A DNA stretch of 64,000 nucleotides, taken from the NCBI RefSeq assembly GCF_006345805.1, contig NC_043010.1, positions 62,000,001 through 62,064,000 of the forward strand, written 5' to 3'. Made by a program: the position numbers and the translations under genes. Source of the DNA: Octopus sinensis (lineage: Eukaryota). The notes under the pieces were generated by a model, which was given only the letters and a program-made list of their open reading frames with translations, searched no databases and had not been told where the DNA came from. How positions within the stretch are numbered: the stretch's first letter is position 1; each line of letters opens with the position of its first letter. Of the stretch, positions 1-10,959 are shown in pieces.

Positions 1-56
1 AACTCGGGATCTTGGGGTTAGTAGCCAGCGCTCTTAACCACTAAACCATAGCCTCC
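1..56 (-). mobile_element. tRNA-like head of the hammerhead-bearing SINE family (rest lies upstream of the window)
   Basis: Reverse complement reads TAGTGGTTAAGAGCGCTGGCTACTAACCCCAAGATCCCGAGTT, matching the tRNA-like heads at 62745-62892. Confidence 0.7.
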
Positions 57-132
57 TTGCTTCCCAGACCCCAGTTGAACTGTCCAACCCATGCTAGCAT
101 GGAAAACAGACATTAAACGATGATGATAATGA

Positions 133-169
<37 letters not shown>

Positions 170-322
170 GGCTTCTTTCAGTTTCTGTCTACTAAATCTA
201 CTTACAAGGCTTTGGCTGACCCAAGGCTGTAGTAGAAGACATTTGCCCAAGGTGCTACGAAGTGGGACTGAGCCCAGAACCATGTGGTTGGGAAGCAAGC
301 TTCTTACCACACCGCGACACGG

Positions 323-787
323 TGACCTTATATCAAGATAAACAGTGCATGACCTTGCACGTGGGACCCACGTAGAGTTTTCTTCAGGTCGAGTAGCCCA
401 TCCCACTCAAAAGATCCCTGGATAATGGTTGTTTAAGGATGTTGAACGAAACACCCATGTTTCCAGAGGTGAATTATTCAAACCCCAAAGAATCCCTCTC
501 AAAACATGGCTATGATGCTCCCCCACTACTTCTGCTTGTGAGCAGAGATGCACATATCGTCAGCCACCAAGGGACATGCTCAACTGGTTAACCAGCAAAT
601 CTGTGGTATTGAGCAGAATATTTGCTGTGGCCCATATTTTATACCAAGACAAAACAATGTACCAGTGGTGGTGCCCCAGCATGGCCACGGCCTTCGGGCT
701 AAAACATTTTTAAGGATTTAAGGATTTATGATAACATTTCCAATCAGTTAAGATCAGAAGCCATGAGAGCCACTGCTTGGTACTGCA
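323..787 (-). mobile_element. Uncharacterised (TAA)n-tailed retroposon family 'E', partial copy
   Basis: Colinear with 797-1065 and 46920-47340 (GACCTTGCA...TCTTCAGGTCGAGTAGCCCATCCCACTC...GCAAATCTGTGGTA). No ORF recognised. Confidence 0.65.
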
Positions 788-796
788 TCAGGGCAC

Positions 797-1065
797 TTAT
801 TATTATTATTATTGAGTGAGAGAGCAGTGCATGCCATCAAAGTGACACTGGGATAAAATATACGAAGCCCAATTTACCCATCATGACTACCCGTCTGATA
901 AGGGTACACTAGGCACATGCATCACAACCATATGTGCATGACGTGGTGATCTCATATCAAGATAAACAGCGCATGACCTTGCAGGTGGGGCCCAGTTAGA
1001 ATTTTCTTCAGGTCGAGTAACCCATCCCACTCGAAAGGTCCCTGAATAAGGGTTGTTTAAGGGTG
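797..1065 (-). mobile_element. Family 'E' retroposon, 3' part with (TAA)n tail
   Basis: Begins TATTATTATTATTGAGTGAGAGAGCAG, as does the copy at 46920; the (TTA)n run on plus is a (TAA)n tail on minus. Confidence 0.65.
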
Positions 1066-1440
1066 TTGTATTATTATTATTATAGTTTCAAATTTTTTCA
1101 CAAGGACAATAATAATAATAACAACAACAACAACAATATTGGTTTCAAATTTTGCCACAAGGGCAATGATAATAATAATAATAATAACAACATCGGTTTC
1201 AAAACCATTATTATTATGGCAGCCAGTATTGTTAGCATGCTGAGGAAAATGCTTAGCAGCATTTCACCTGTATATACAGGTTGGCCTTGCTGTTCATCTT
1301 CTCAGGTTGATAAATTAAGTACCAGTCATGTACTGGGGTCAATGTAATCGATCTATTCCCTCCCCCAAAGTTGCTGGCCATGTGCCAAAATTTGAAACCA
1401 ATATTTTGTAACTGCTAATAATTCAGATTTAATTATATAT

Positions 1441-1663
1441 TTCTTTATTACCCACAAGGGGCTAAACACAGAGGGGACAAACAAGGACAGACAAAGGAAT
1501 CAAGTTGGTTACATCGACCTCAGTGCGAAAGTGGTACTTTATTTATCGACCCCGAAAGGATGAAAGGCAAAGTCGACCTCGGCGGAATTTGAACTCAGAA
1601 CCTGGCCACAGATGAAATACCGCTAAGCATTTCGCCTGGCATGCAAACGATTCTGTCAGCTCG
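1441..1663 (-). mobile_element. tRNA-derived SINE family 'A' (Deu/Nin-domain-like core)
   Basis: Reverse complement of the full unit at 17199-17432; B box GAGTTCAAATTCC and core GCCTTTCATCCTTTCGGGGTCGATAAA...AGTACC. Confidence 0.85.
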
Positions 1664-1691
1664 CAGATTTAATTATATTTTAATTGTGCAG

Positions 1692-2068
1692 CACTGGCAT
1701 AGCAGTGTGGTAAGAAGTTTGCTTCCCAACCTCATGGTTCCGGTTTCAGTCCCACTGCGTGGCACCTTTTGTAAGTGTCTTCTACTATAAAGCCTTGTGA
1801 GTGGATTTGGTTGACGGAAACTGAAAGAAGCCTGTTGTACACATATATATATAATGTATGTATGTGTGTGTGTTTGTTCCCTCATCATCACTTGACAACC
1901 GATGTTGGTGTGTTTACACCGCTGTAACTTAACAGTTCAGCAAAAGAGACCAATAGAATAAGTACTAGGCTTACAAAGAATAAGTCCTGGGGTCGATTTG
2001 TTTGACTAGAAGACGGCGCTCCAGCATGGCTGCAGTCAAATGACTGAAACCAGTAAAGGGGTAAAGAG
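1692..2068 (+). mobile_element. tRNA-derived SINE family 'B' (CORE-like), full length
   Basis: Head TGTGGTAAGAAGTTTGCTT...GGTTTCAGTCCC, core resembling CCTTGGGCAAGTG, internal (TA/TG) tract, tail GTAAAGGGGTAAAGAG. Many near-identical copies in the window. Confidence 0.85.
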
Positions 2069-2199
2069 CATTGATGCATATTCACAAACAGACTCTTCAC
2101 CATTTGCACAGGTACCTCACCCAATCATCTAGAATTCATTCTGAGGCAACACACAGACATGATGCCAATGAACTTCCAAAAATAAGTGAAATAACCATG

Positions 2200-2500
2200 T
2201 CTGTCATCATCATCATCATCATCATCATTTAATGTCTGCTTTCTATGCTGGCATGGGTTGAACGGTTTGACTGGGGGCTGACAAGCCAGAAGGCTGCACC
2301 AGGCTCCAATCTGATTTGACAAGGTTTCTAAAGCTGGATGCTCTTCCTGACGCCAACCACTCTCAGAGTGTATTGGGTGCTTTTTACGTGCCACCAGCAT
2401 GAGGGCCAGGCAGGCAGTACTGGCACCGGCCTCACTTGAACGGGTGCATTTTACGTGTCATCAGCACAGGAGCCAGTCAAGTGGCACTGGCAATAACCAC
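2200..2500 (-). mobile_element. 5'-truncated RTE LINE 3' end (family 'D')
   Basis: (GAT)n tail and the GGTTGGCGTCAGGAAGAGCATCCAGC motif. The same upstream unit follows the RTE ORF at 54040-54110. Confidence 0.75.
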
Positions 2501-2756
2501 GCTTGACAATCATTCTCGACAATCTAAGGGTGAATTTCCCCACACAGTTTGCCGCACCCAGTGCTTTTCAACACTTGGCATCTTAAACAGACTTTTCTCC
2601 CTGATGCTGTCCCACAGCTAATGAGTGTATAAACAAAATGCATCCATTCAGTGTGTAACTTTGATAATGTTTACAATATATAAGTATTTATGTTGTGTCT
2701 GAACCGTGGATTGCTGCAATATTTGTAATGAAAGAATATATCTAACACCATAACTT

Positions 2757-3230
2757 CTTTTCTATGTTTGAGAGATGAGGAATTATTTACATCTGATGGA
2801 TATTTGTCCTCATCTTGTTTGTTGTTAACACAGCATTTCAGCTGATATACTCTCCAGCCTTCATCAGGTGTCCTGGGCAAATTTCGAACCTGGGTTCTCA
2901 TTCCTAAGGTATTTTTCAATGTTATTATTATTTTTTTTTCCTTCTTTCTTCAAATTTTCTTCCATTTCTCGCCGGGTGTTTTCCGTACACCTATGGCAGA
3001 GAAGCTCATTGTATGCATTCCTAGATTACACACGCAAATTCATAGGTAAAATATGTATTTAAAAAAATTTTAAATAAATAAATTCATAAATGGATGTTAT
3101 TTTCAACATTGAAAAATACCTTAAGAATGAGAACCCAGGTTTGAAATTTGCCCAGGACACCTGATGAAGGCTGGAGGGTATATCAGCCAACAAGATGAGG
3201 ACAAATAGCCATCAAATGTAAATAATGTTC
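2757..3230. mobile_element. Fold-back element, hammerhead family 1 (two inverted arms, both cores damaged)
   Basis: Left arm 2757-2930 is the reverse complement of right arm 3104-3230. The left core reads GACAC-CTGATGA-A-GGCTG..CAGCT-GAAA-TGCT-GTGTT (U16.1 mutated). The right core has about 20 nt deleted, including GAAA. Confidence 0.8.
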
Positions 3231-3339
3231 TTTGATTTACTACATTACAGTATTTCTCCACACACACACACACATGATGGACCCATCCATCATTAGACGA
3301 CGTATGAGGGTTCGACTATTTCTTACCGAACAACCACAC

Positions 3340-3562
3340 AGATGATTTCTTTATAGCGATCAAATGTTTGTGTCCACATAAGCTCAGTCCCTCCCTCAGA
3401 TCGACATTACCTGTACAGGTGCACCATGTGCCACATGTTTCAGATGATGGAATGATTGCAGAGCAACATACTTTGCTCAAGAACACAACACAACACCTGG
3501 TCAAGGAATCGAACTCACAATCTTGCAATTGTGAGTACAACACCTTAACCACTGAGCCATGT
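3340..3562 (-). mobile_element. tRNA-headed SINE family 'H'
   Basis: Reverse complement begins TGGCTCAGTGGTTAAGG...GAGTTCGATTCC (A and B boxes); second copy at 26860-27090. Confidence 0.7.
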
Positions 3563-3689
3563 GTGTGTGTGTGTGTGTATATATATACACACACGCATAT
3601 ATATTTCGTTTTTGGATTTGGTTAGCAAGATTCTTTATATGAGTTTGTATACACACAGACATATATATATATACACACACATATATATG

Positions 3690-3729
<40 letters not shown>

Positions 3730-4217
3730 AACACACACATATATATATACATATATTTTGTATTTTGAGAGGGTCATTATGCCAATGATAATAAACACAC
3801 ACTGGTTCAATATCACTTCTTTATCGTCAGTCAGTTTGGTTAAATATCTAACAAACTAAGTAATCAATTGTTTAATGTATTGGTTAAACAATCAACCGGC
3901 TGTTTGTTAGTCAAAGCTCTTTCGTTGCTACTCATCACCATCTCCGTGCCCCCACCTCCCCCCTCTAAGGGCTGTGCTGAGTCTGTCCAATTGAGTGTTT
4001 TATACAGTAGATTAAAAAATTGTTTAGTAAGTTGGTTAGATATTTAACCAATTGACTAACAATAGAGAAGTGATATCGAGCCAGTGCGTGTGTTATTATT
4101 GACAATGACCCTCCCAAGACAAAATTTGTTTCAACATAGGAATTCACATGAAAGTTTCAAACCAAATACCAAAACGAATGTGTGTATGTGTGTGTGCATA
4201 TATACACACACTAACAA

Positions 4218-4248
<31 letters not shown>

Positions 4249-5061
4249 CATAGATACATATATACACATACGTACATACGCACACACACACACTCACACA
4301 CATTATTTCATAAGATGGGTTGCAAATGAGAGGTGTAAACAATGTCAAGAAGCCAGTTTGAAGTAGCGATCGCTGATGGTGATGATGATGATGGTTGTGG
4401 TGGCGGTGATACAACCCTGAAGCCACCATCATCGATTTCCTCTCATATATACACACATCAATTATTGTAGTCAAGGCATTGATTTTTCTGCCGTGATTTT
4501 CAAACACCTGCACACACACACACACACCAAACACACACGTGTGTACAGAAACAAGATTCAATGGCGCACACATACATACACACTTATACACGCAGTAATA
4601 CACACATACATACATATATATATATATTATGCTGTACGGAGGTACACACACCTGTACTTATACGCATAGACAGACAGGTAAACACAAAACCAGGCACACA
4701 GACACATAAATATAAACAATCATACACGTACACACGTAATAACAGACACATTCTGAAGCAGAGAGGTATACGTCTATTTATACAGTCATACACATATACA
4801 CATACGTAAAGATACATAGACACACACACACGTATTCTATACTTATCTATATGAACATGCAGATAGGAATGTCTGTTTGTATGGTTACATACAAATTTAT
4901 TAATGAACGATACATATCCTGTACACAAACCATATATACACACATCTATCTATCTATCTCTATATATATATATATATATATATATCATGTACAATACATG
5001 TGTTGCATACATAAAATGTGTATTTACATATACAAATACATACATACACATATATACACAC

Positions 5062-5180
<119 letters not shown>

Positions 5181-5378
5181 AGTAGGTGAATGAATTATCC
5201 TATGTTTATCGTCAGCATGGAAAATTCGTTTAACCGAAACCTGGGTAGCAAATTCACGTCAGAAAACACGGTTGAAGCGACCTGTCCAAGGGTAGAAACT
5301 CCGGGTTCATGTGCAGAAATTTGTGTGTTGTATATGAATAAATGAAAGAATGGAGTTGAACGAAGATGTTAACAAAAT

Positions 5379-5452
5379 TCCTTTACTCTCGACACATGTT
5401 TCGAAGGAATAAAGAGTGCATTATGCAATCTTCTCATCAGGAAAGAAAAGGA
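5379..5452 (-). ncRNA. Type I hammerhead ribozyme (GUC site), short stem II variant
   Basis: Minus strand: UCCUUUUCUUUC-CUGAUGA-GAAG..CUUC-GAAA-CA-UG-UGUC^-GAGAGUAAAGGA. All core nucleotides are present and stem I has 12 positions with one U-U mismatch. Confidence 0.8.
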
Positions 5453-5521
5453 GCCTCTCACAACAACAAGACAAACAAAAATTTCGATGATTGCCTACAT
5501 GGTAACCAAAGCGATTATCGC

Positions 5522-5617
5522 TCCTTTTCTTTCCTGATGAGAAAATTGCATAATGCACCCTTTATTCCTTCGGAATGAAAATATGCTGTCTTCGAAACAT
5601 GTGTCGAGAGTAAAGGA
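5522..5617 (+). ncRNA. Type I hammerhead ribozyme (GUC site), extended stem II variant
   Basis: CTGATGA 5534-5540, GAAA 5594-5597, stem III ACA/TGT with TG loop, predicted cleavage after C5605, stem I 5522-5533 pairing with 5606-5617. Confidence 0.8.
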
Positions 5618-5692
5618 ATTTGTTAACATCTTCGTTCAACTCCATTCTTTCATTTATTTATATATATACTTTTTTCCACCTTGTTTACTCCG

Positions 5693-5775
<83 letters not shown>

Positions 5776-5902
5776 ATATAATTAAATAATTAGGGTAGAA
5801 ATTGATATTAATCAATTAAAACCAGTGGCTTAGCATATTTTAAAAATCCGAAGATTAAAAATTGTGTTACATACACAATTCTCTTCATTTTGTATATATA
5901 TA

Positions 5903-5979
<77 letters not shown>

Positions 5980-6280
5980 TAGTGCCTCTGTTGAACTAGA
6001 CGGGCGTCTTTTTATTTCTCTCTCCCAAGCTACACGGCTTCAAAACCTAACTGACCTTACATATATATATATTTGTAACCATGTGTTTCCCTACAAACCC
6101 CGTAAGTACGTTTTTTATTTAACTACAAATTGTTATATACACTTGTTTTTCTTTTAATATCTTCAAACAACCAAATAATTAAAAACTCACACCCTTAAGA
6201 GAGAATATTTATATATATATACACTTCTTCAACTCACAAGAAAGAATATATATATATCAAAAATCAAAAGAAAAACAAAC

Positions 6281-6848
6281 ATGACGACTAACCTGCAACA
6301 GACGAAATTGGTCTGATAATGAAATTGATGTCTTAATTAACACTTGGTTCTCTCTTTCCCAAACAGAAAATTTTAATGTTTTATGTTTGAATGAGATTGC
6401 CGAAAAAACATCGCAAATAATCAACACACGATCCGTCAAACCGATTCGTAGCAAACTGAAGCATATCGAAGTCTCTTTCAAACTAACTAAAACCCGTTTT
6501 GAAAAACTTTATATTTTCACTGTTCAAGCCCAAGAACAGCAACAGCTAGAAAATCAACAACAACAGAATGAGCCACTCCTAGTTCCCAGCATAATAGCTG
6601 ACCCTGACATCGGTCAAGCACAACAACAGCCACAGAAACAACAACAGTCACAGCAACAACACCCACTCCTAAACTCTAGCATAATAGATGATTCCCTGAA
6701 TACCAGTATCTATTCACCGCTCTCACAGCAACCACCACAATTATCATCATCATCATCATCACCACCACCGCTGCCACCATCGTCTTCTATCACCAAAAAT
6801 ACCACCAACAAAAAACCAAATAAGAAACCACTGCTCTCTGTGTCCTGA
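6281..6848 (+). pseudogene. LINE ORF1 remnant: Myb/SANT-like N-terminus plus Gln/Ser/Pro-rich region
   Basis: ATG at 6281 followed by a 1-nt frameshift. The frame of ORF 6387-6848 reads NRRNWSDNEIDVLINTWF...EIAEKTSQIINTRSVKPIRSKLKHI, then a QQQ-rich tract. Confidence 0.55.
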
Positions 6849-6850
6849 AG

Positions 6851-8269
6851 GTGTTTCGACACCAACTTGCATCTCCCCTTACTAATCTGTGGAGAAACTC
6901 ACTGGATGCTGGCTATATTCCTAAAAACTTTCTGTCCCAGTCTGTTGTCCCAGTTTTCAAAAAGGGAAACAAGTCCCAATTTCTAGAAAGCAACAGATGG
7001 CTGATCTCTAACCAACATGGGTTCCGTAATGGAAGGGACTGCCTAACGCAGCTCCTGCATCACTTTGATGACATTTTGAAAGCTTTGGGAGAGGGCTCCA
7101 ACACCGATGTCATCTACCTTGATTTCAGCAAGGCCTTCGACAGGGTTGATCACAAGATCCTATCGAAAAAACTATCCAACATTGGTGTCTCTGGAAAGTT
7201 ACTGAAATGGATCAAGTGTTTCCTGACAGACAGATCTCAACATGTTGTAGTTGAAGGAGTAAAATCAAGCCCAGCCAAAGTCAGTAGTGGCGTTCCGCAA
7301 AGCACTGTGCTGGGCCCACTTCATTTCATCATCTACATTAATGACATTAATGACATCATCAAGCACAGCAACATAAAAATCTTTGCAGATGATTCCAAGC
7401 TCCAGAAGGTCATAAATGAGGCGAGTGACCGGACATGCCTTCAGTCAGATCTACTGGCTGTTATCCAATGGGCAGAAAAGAACAATATGCTGCTGAACGA
7501 GGATAAATTCGAGTTAATCCACTTTGGAAAAGAGGATGCCCTGAAACTCCCATACTCCCTTCCTTCAGGTGAAACTCTCGTGGCATCCAACAACATCAGA
7601 GACTTGGGAATAATTGTGGACAACAACATAAGCTGGGCCACTCATATAAACACCAAAGTTGACATGGCCCGCAGAATGTGTTCCTGGATTCTCAGAACTT
7701 TCCAGTCGAGAGATATCCACACCATTATCCTTCTCTTCTCCACTTTTGCCCGACCCCACCTTGAATACTGTTGTCCACTGTGGTCTCCCCACACAAAACA
7801 AAGTATCATAAAAGTTGAAGCACCTCAAAGGGCAATCACAAAAAAGATAGATGGCATGACAGGCCTCGACTATTGGGGTCGACTAGAAAAGCTAAAACTT
7901 TATTCTCTCCAACGTCGCCGTGAGCGCTACATCATCTGCATGATGTGGAAAATATTCCATCAGCATTGCCCAAATGATGTTGGCATCACCTTTAACGTAC
8001 ATCCAAGGCTTGGGCCCCATGCCATCCGTCCACAACAAAAATCACACTCTCATCTCATAACAACAATACGGCACAATTATTTCACCTCAATTGGCCCCGC
8101 TCTCTTTAACATTACACCAAAACACATTAAAACAGAAACAGACCCTATAGGGTTCAAGAAGTCTTTGGACAGATTCCTTCAAGAAATCCCGGATAAACCC
8201 CCTACACCCGGATATGTCTCTGTAAACAATAACTCTCTACTTGAGTGGGCCATAGTGCCCAAATTCTGA
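6851..8269 (+). CDS. Non-LTR reverse transcriptase, CR1/L2 group; internally deleted and probably inactive
   Basis: Motifs QHGFR, YLDFSKAFDRVDH, GVPQSTVLGP, IFADDSKL, RPHLEYC, LYSLQRRRERY. The usual YRPVSLT segment after KKGNK is missing, and no APE endonuclease lies upstream. Confidence 0.9.
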   Translation: MFRHQLASPLTNLWRNSLDAGYIPKNFLSQSVVPVFKKGNKSQFLESNRWLISNQHGFRNGRDCLTQLLHHFDDILKALGEGSNTDVIYLDFSKAFDRVDHKILSKKLSNIGVSGKLLKWIKCFLTDRSQHVVVEGVKSSPAKVSSGVPQSTVLGPLHFIIYINDINDIIKHSNIKIFADDSKLQKVINEASDRTCLQSDLLAVIQWAEKNNMLLNEDKFELIHFGKEDALKLPYSLPSGETLVASNNIRDLGIIVDNNISWATHINTKVDMARRMCSWILRTFQSRDIHTIILLFSTFARPHLEYCCPLWSPHTKQSIIKVEAPQRAITKKIDGMTGLDYWGRLEKLKLYSLQRRRERYIICMMWKIFHQHCPNDVGITFNVHPRLGPHAIRPQQKSHSHLITTIRHNYFTSIGPALFNITPKHIKTETDPIGFKKSLDRFLQEIPDKPPTPGYVSVNNNSLLEWAIVPKF

Positions 8270-8547
8270 CTTGAAAGACTTCACCAGGTGGTGCTATTAA
8301 GTTAGACATGGCCGAAACCTATCAAAGTAAGTATCAAAGTATATATATATAAATATAAATATATATAAATATATAAATATATATATAATATATATATAAA
8401 TATATAGAAACACTGCCAGATTTGACTGGGCCTGATGAAGCCTTCTGGCTTCACAGACCCCCAGTAGAACCGTCCAACCATGCTAGCATGGAAAACGGAC
8501 GCTAAACGATGATGATGATGTGATGATATATAAATATATATATATAT

Positions 8548-8750
8548 AAAGGCGGCGAGCTGCAGAATCGTTAGCACGCCGGGCGAAATGATAGCAGTAT
8601 TTCGTCTGTCGTTACGTTATTCAAATTAGATCGACTTTCTTTATGCTTCGGTCGATAAATTAATACCATACGCATGGGGTATGTAAGATAACCCCTTTGT
8701 ATGTCTTGTTGTTCCCTCTATGTTTAGCCCCTTGTGGGATAGTAAATAAA
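8548..8750 (+). mobile_element. SINE family 'A', internally deleted copy
   Basis: Head AAGGCGGCGAGCTGCAGAATCGTTAGCACGCC and tail TTTAGCCCCTTGTGGG. Confidence 0.75.
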
Positions 8751-9694
8751 AAAAAAATATAAATAAATAAATAAAATATATATATATATATATAAATATA
8801 TATATAATAAAATATATATATATATATAAAATATATATATATAAATAAAATATATATATATATAAAACGAGAGGTGGAGATATTAATATCTCCACCTCTC
8901 GTTTTGTATGTATGGATATAGAGACAGACAGACAGACAGATAGATATATAGACAGACAGACAGATAGAAGATAGATAGATAGACAGACAGATAGATGATA
9001 GATAGATAAATGGATGGATAGACAGTGTTTCGTAATTTGGCAGTGGAACAATAATCTTGCTCTCTCTCTCCATGCAGTTGGTAATGGACGACGCCCTGTC
9101 TATATCTGTGTGAGGAATTTCATGAGGTGATGGACTGTTGGACACACAGCAACTATGCCACGGAGGCGGTTCATAGACTTGCATCGTGCGTCTGGATCCA
9201 CTGATTAAGTGGCGGGTGGGTGGGGTGGGGGACTTGGGGGATGGTCGATGGGAGTGGGGGTGGAGTGTGTGGGTCTGAGATAGGCAACTGGAATAGGAGC
9301 AGGACGTAATACTCTATACACACGCATACAGAGAAAAAAAGCAAGGCACACATGCATATATATGTGTGTGTATGTATGTATGTATGTATGTATGCAGTCA
9401 CACACATGTATATAGACCCAAAAATAACATGGTATTCACACTCACACAGATAATTGTATGTATATGTACATGCACATACCGCATTATACATCGATTCTTA
9501 CCTAATATTTAATAAACAGAACATGCAAGAAAACTTTATATATAGACGTGCACATACACACACATTGTGTGTCTATGTGCACCCATGCACACACACACAC
9601 ACACACACACAGTACACACCGCTCGGGTGGTTCCCTCAAATTCACTCAAAATACATATTCGGTTCAAGATTTCCAATTATTTTGCTTCACAGTG

Positions 9695-9742
<48 letters not shown>

Positions 9743-9934
9743 ATTGGACATGGATCACCAAATGCGGTTTGCCTATACACACACACACACGCGCGCGCAT
9801 ATTTCAAATATGCATGCTATATACCATACACAATTCTATACATATTTTTTAACGAATATCTAGTTATGCAATTCTTTATTAGGACAAGCATTGAGTATAT
9901 ATACACACACACACCATATATATATATGTATGTA

Positions 9935-9988
<54 letters not shown>

Positions 9989-9991
9989 CTA

Positions 9992-10180
9992 TTTAAAGCA
10001 TAGAATTCAACAAAAATATGTATACTCTGAGTTTATCGTCTGATGAACGGCAACGAGAAACTCAGAGTAAATATTTTGTTGAATTTTCTGCTGCTTTTAA
10101 ATAAGCATATATATACCACTATTATTGAGTACTATTTTTTTCCCCTTGTTTCACATATATGTGTTTACTCCGGTATTATA
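9992..10180. mobile_element. Fold-back element, hammerhead family 3 (core intact, 5' strand of stem I lost)
   Basis: Arms 9992-10039 and 10053-10105. Plus strand reads CTGATGA(10040)-ACG-GCAA-CGA-GAAA-CTCAGAG-TA; the tail is shared with 16945-17000. Confidence 0.65.
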
Positions 10181-10200
10181 TATATCTATATATATATACC

Positions 10201-10398
10201 AATTAAGGAGCAACACGAAAAGTGGACAAAAACATGCTAGATAAGACGTCAAATCGACATTCACCACAAAAGATTATGTTATCAGATCAAACTCAGCCAA
10301 AAGGTTTTGTGCTGAGTTTGATTCTGAAACAATCTTTTGTGGTGAATGGCGATTGATTGACGTCTTATCTAGCATGTGGACTGTCCACTTTTCGTGTT
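10201..10398. repeat. ~200-bp imperfect fold-back between (TA)n tracts
   Basis: ACACGAAAAGTGGACA...CATGCTAGATAAGACGTCAA...CACCACAAAAGATT mirrored by AATCTTTTGTGGTG...TTGACGTCTTATCTAGCATG...TGTCCACTTTTCGTGT. Confidence 0.85.
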
Positions 10399-10534
10399 CA
10401 GTCCCTTAATGGTATATATAAATATTTTAATCTTCGGATTCTTTTTAATATGCTAGACCACTGGTCCTCTAATTGATAAATATCAATTTCTACCTAATTA
10501 ATTGTATATCTTATATATATATATATAAAATATA

Positions 10535-10573
<39 letters not shown>

Positions 10574-10574
10574 G

Positions 10575-10609
<35 letters not shown>

Positions 10610-10959
10610 ATATATTATATACATATAGTATATATATATATATATATATACACATATATATATATATATAGATATATATATCTTATATATATATAATATA
10701 TATATATATAATATATATATATATAGGTTTGTTATATAGGCGTAAATATTAGAATCATTTACGCATCCTGATGCGGGAATCAGAAATAAAACACATACAC
10801 GAAAATGTGATTATATGCATGCACGAATATACACACACGATTCATCTTTTCTCTGACGCTCATAGGCATACAAAAACAGGCACATGCGTATAATATATAC
10901 GCATGCTACGAACGAGTGTGTATATAACACACAGACACACATTGTCCCCGCTCACATGG

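Larger units (their letters stand above)
5329..5700. mobile_element. Fold-back element, hammerhead family 2, embedded between (TA)n tracts
   Basis: Arms 5329-5456 and 5517-5665 are inverted copies separated by a ~60-nt spacer. The right end CCACCTTGTTTACTCCGGTG is shared with the tails at 10130-10180 and 16945-17000. Confidence 0.85.
6260..8340 (+). mobile_element. Internally deleted CR1/L2-group LINE
   Basis: ORF1 remnant joined directly to the RT at about 6835. The 3' UTR ends in a short tandem tail TATCAAAGTAAG-TATCAAAGTA. Confidence 0.8.

Noticed and set aside
8425-8450. CCTGATGAAGCC as a hammerhead core
   Set aside because: A mutated form of CCTGGTGCAGCC in the family 'D' consensus, with no stem II/GAAA arrangement.
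9214-9240. G-quadruplex motif GGGTGGGTGGGGTGGGGG and an upstream acceptor-like site at 9077
   Set aside because: The motif is real, but there is no open exon frame or other functional support; such tracts are common in this repeat-rich DNA.
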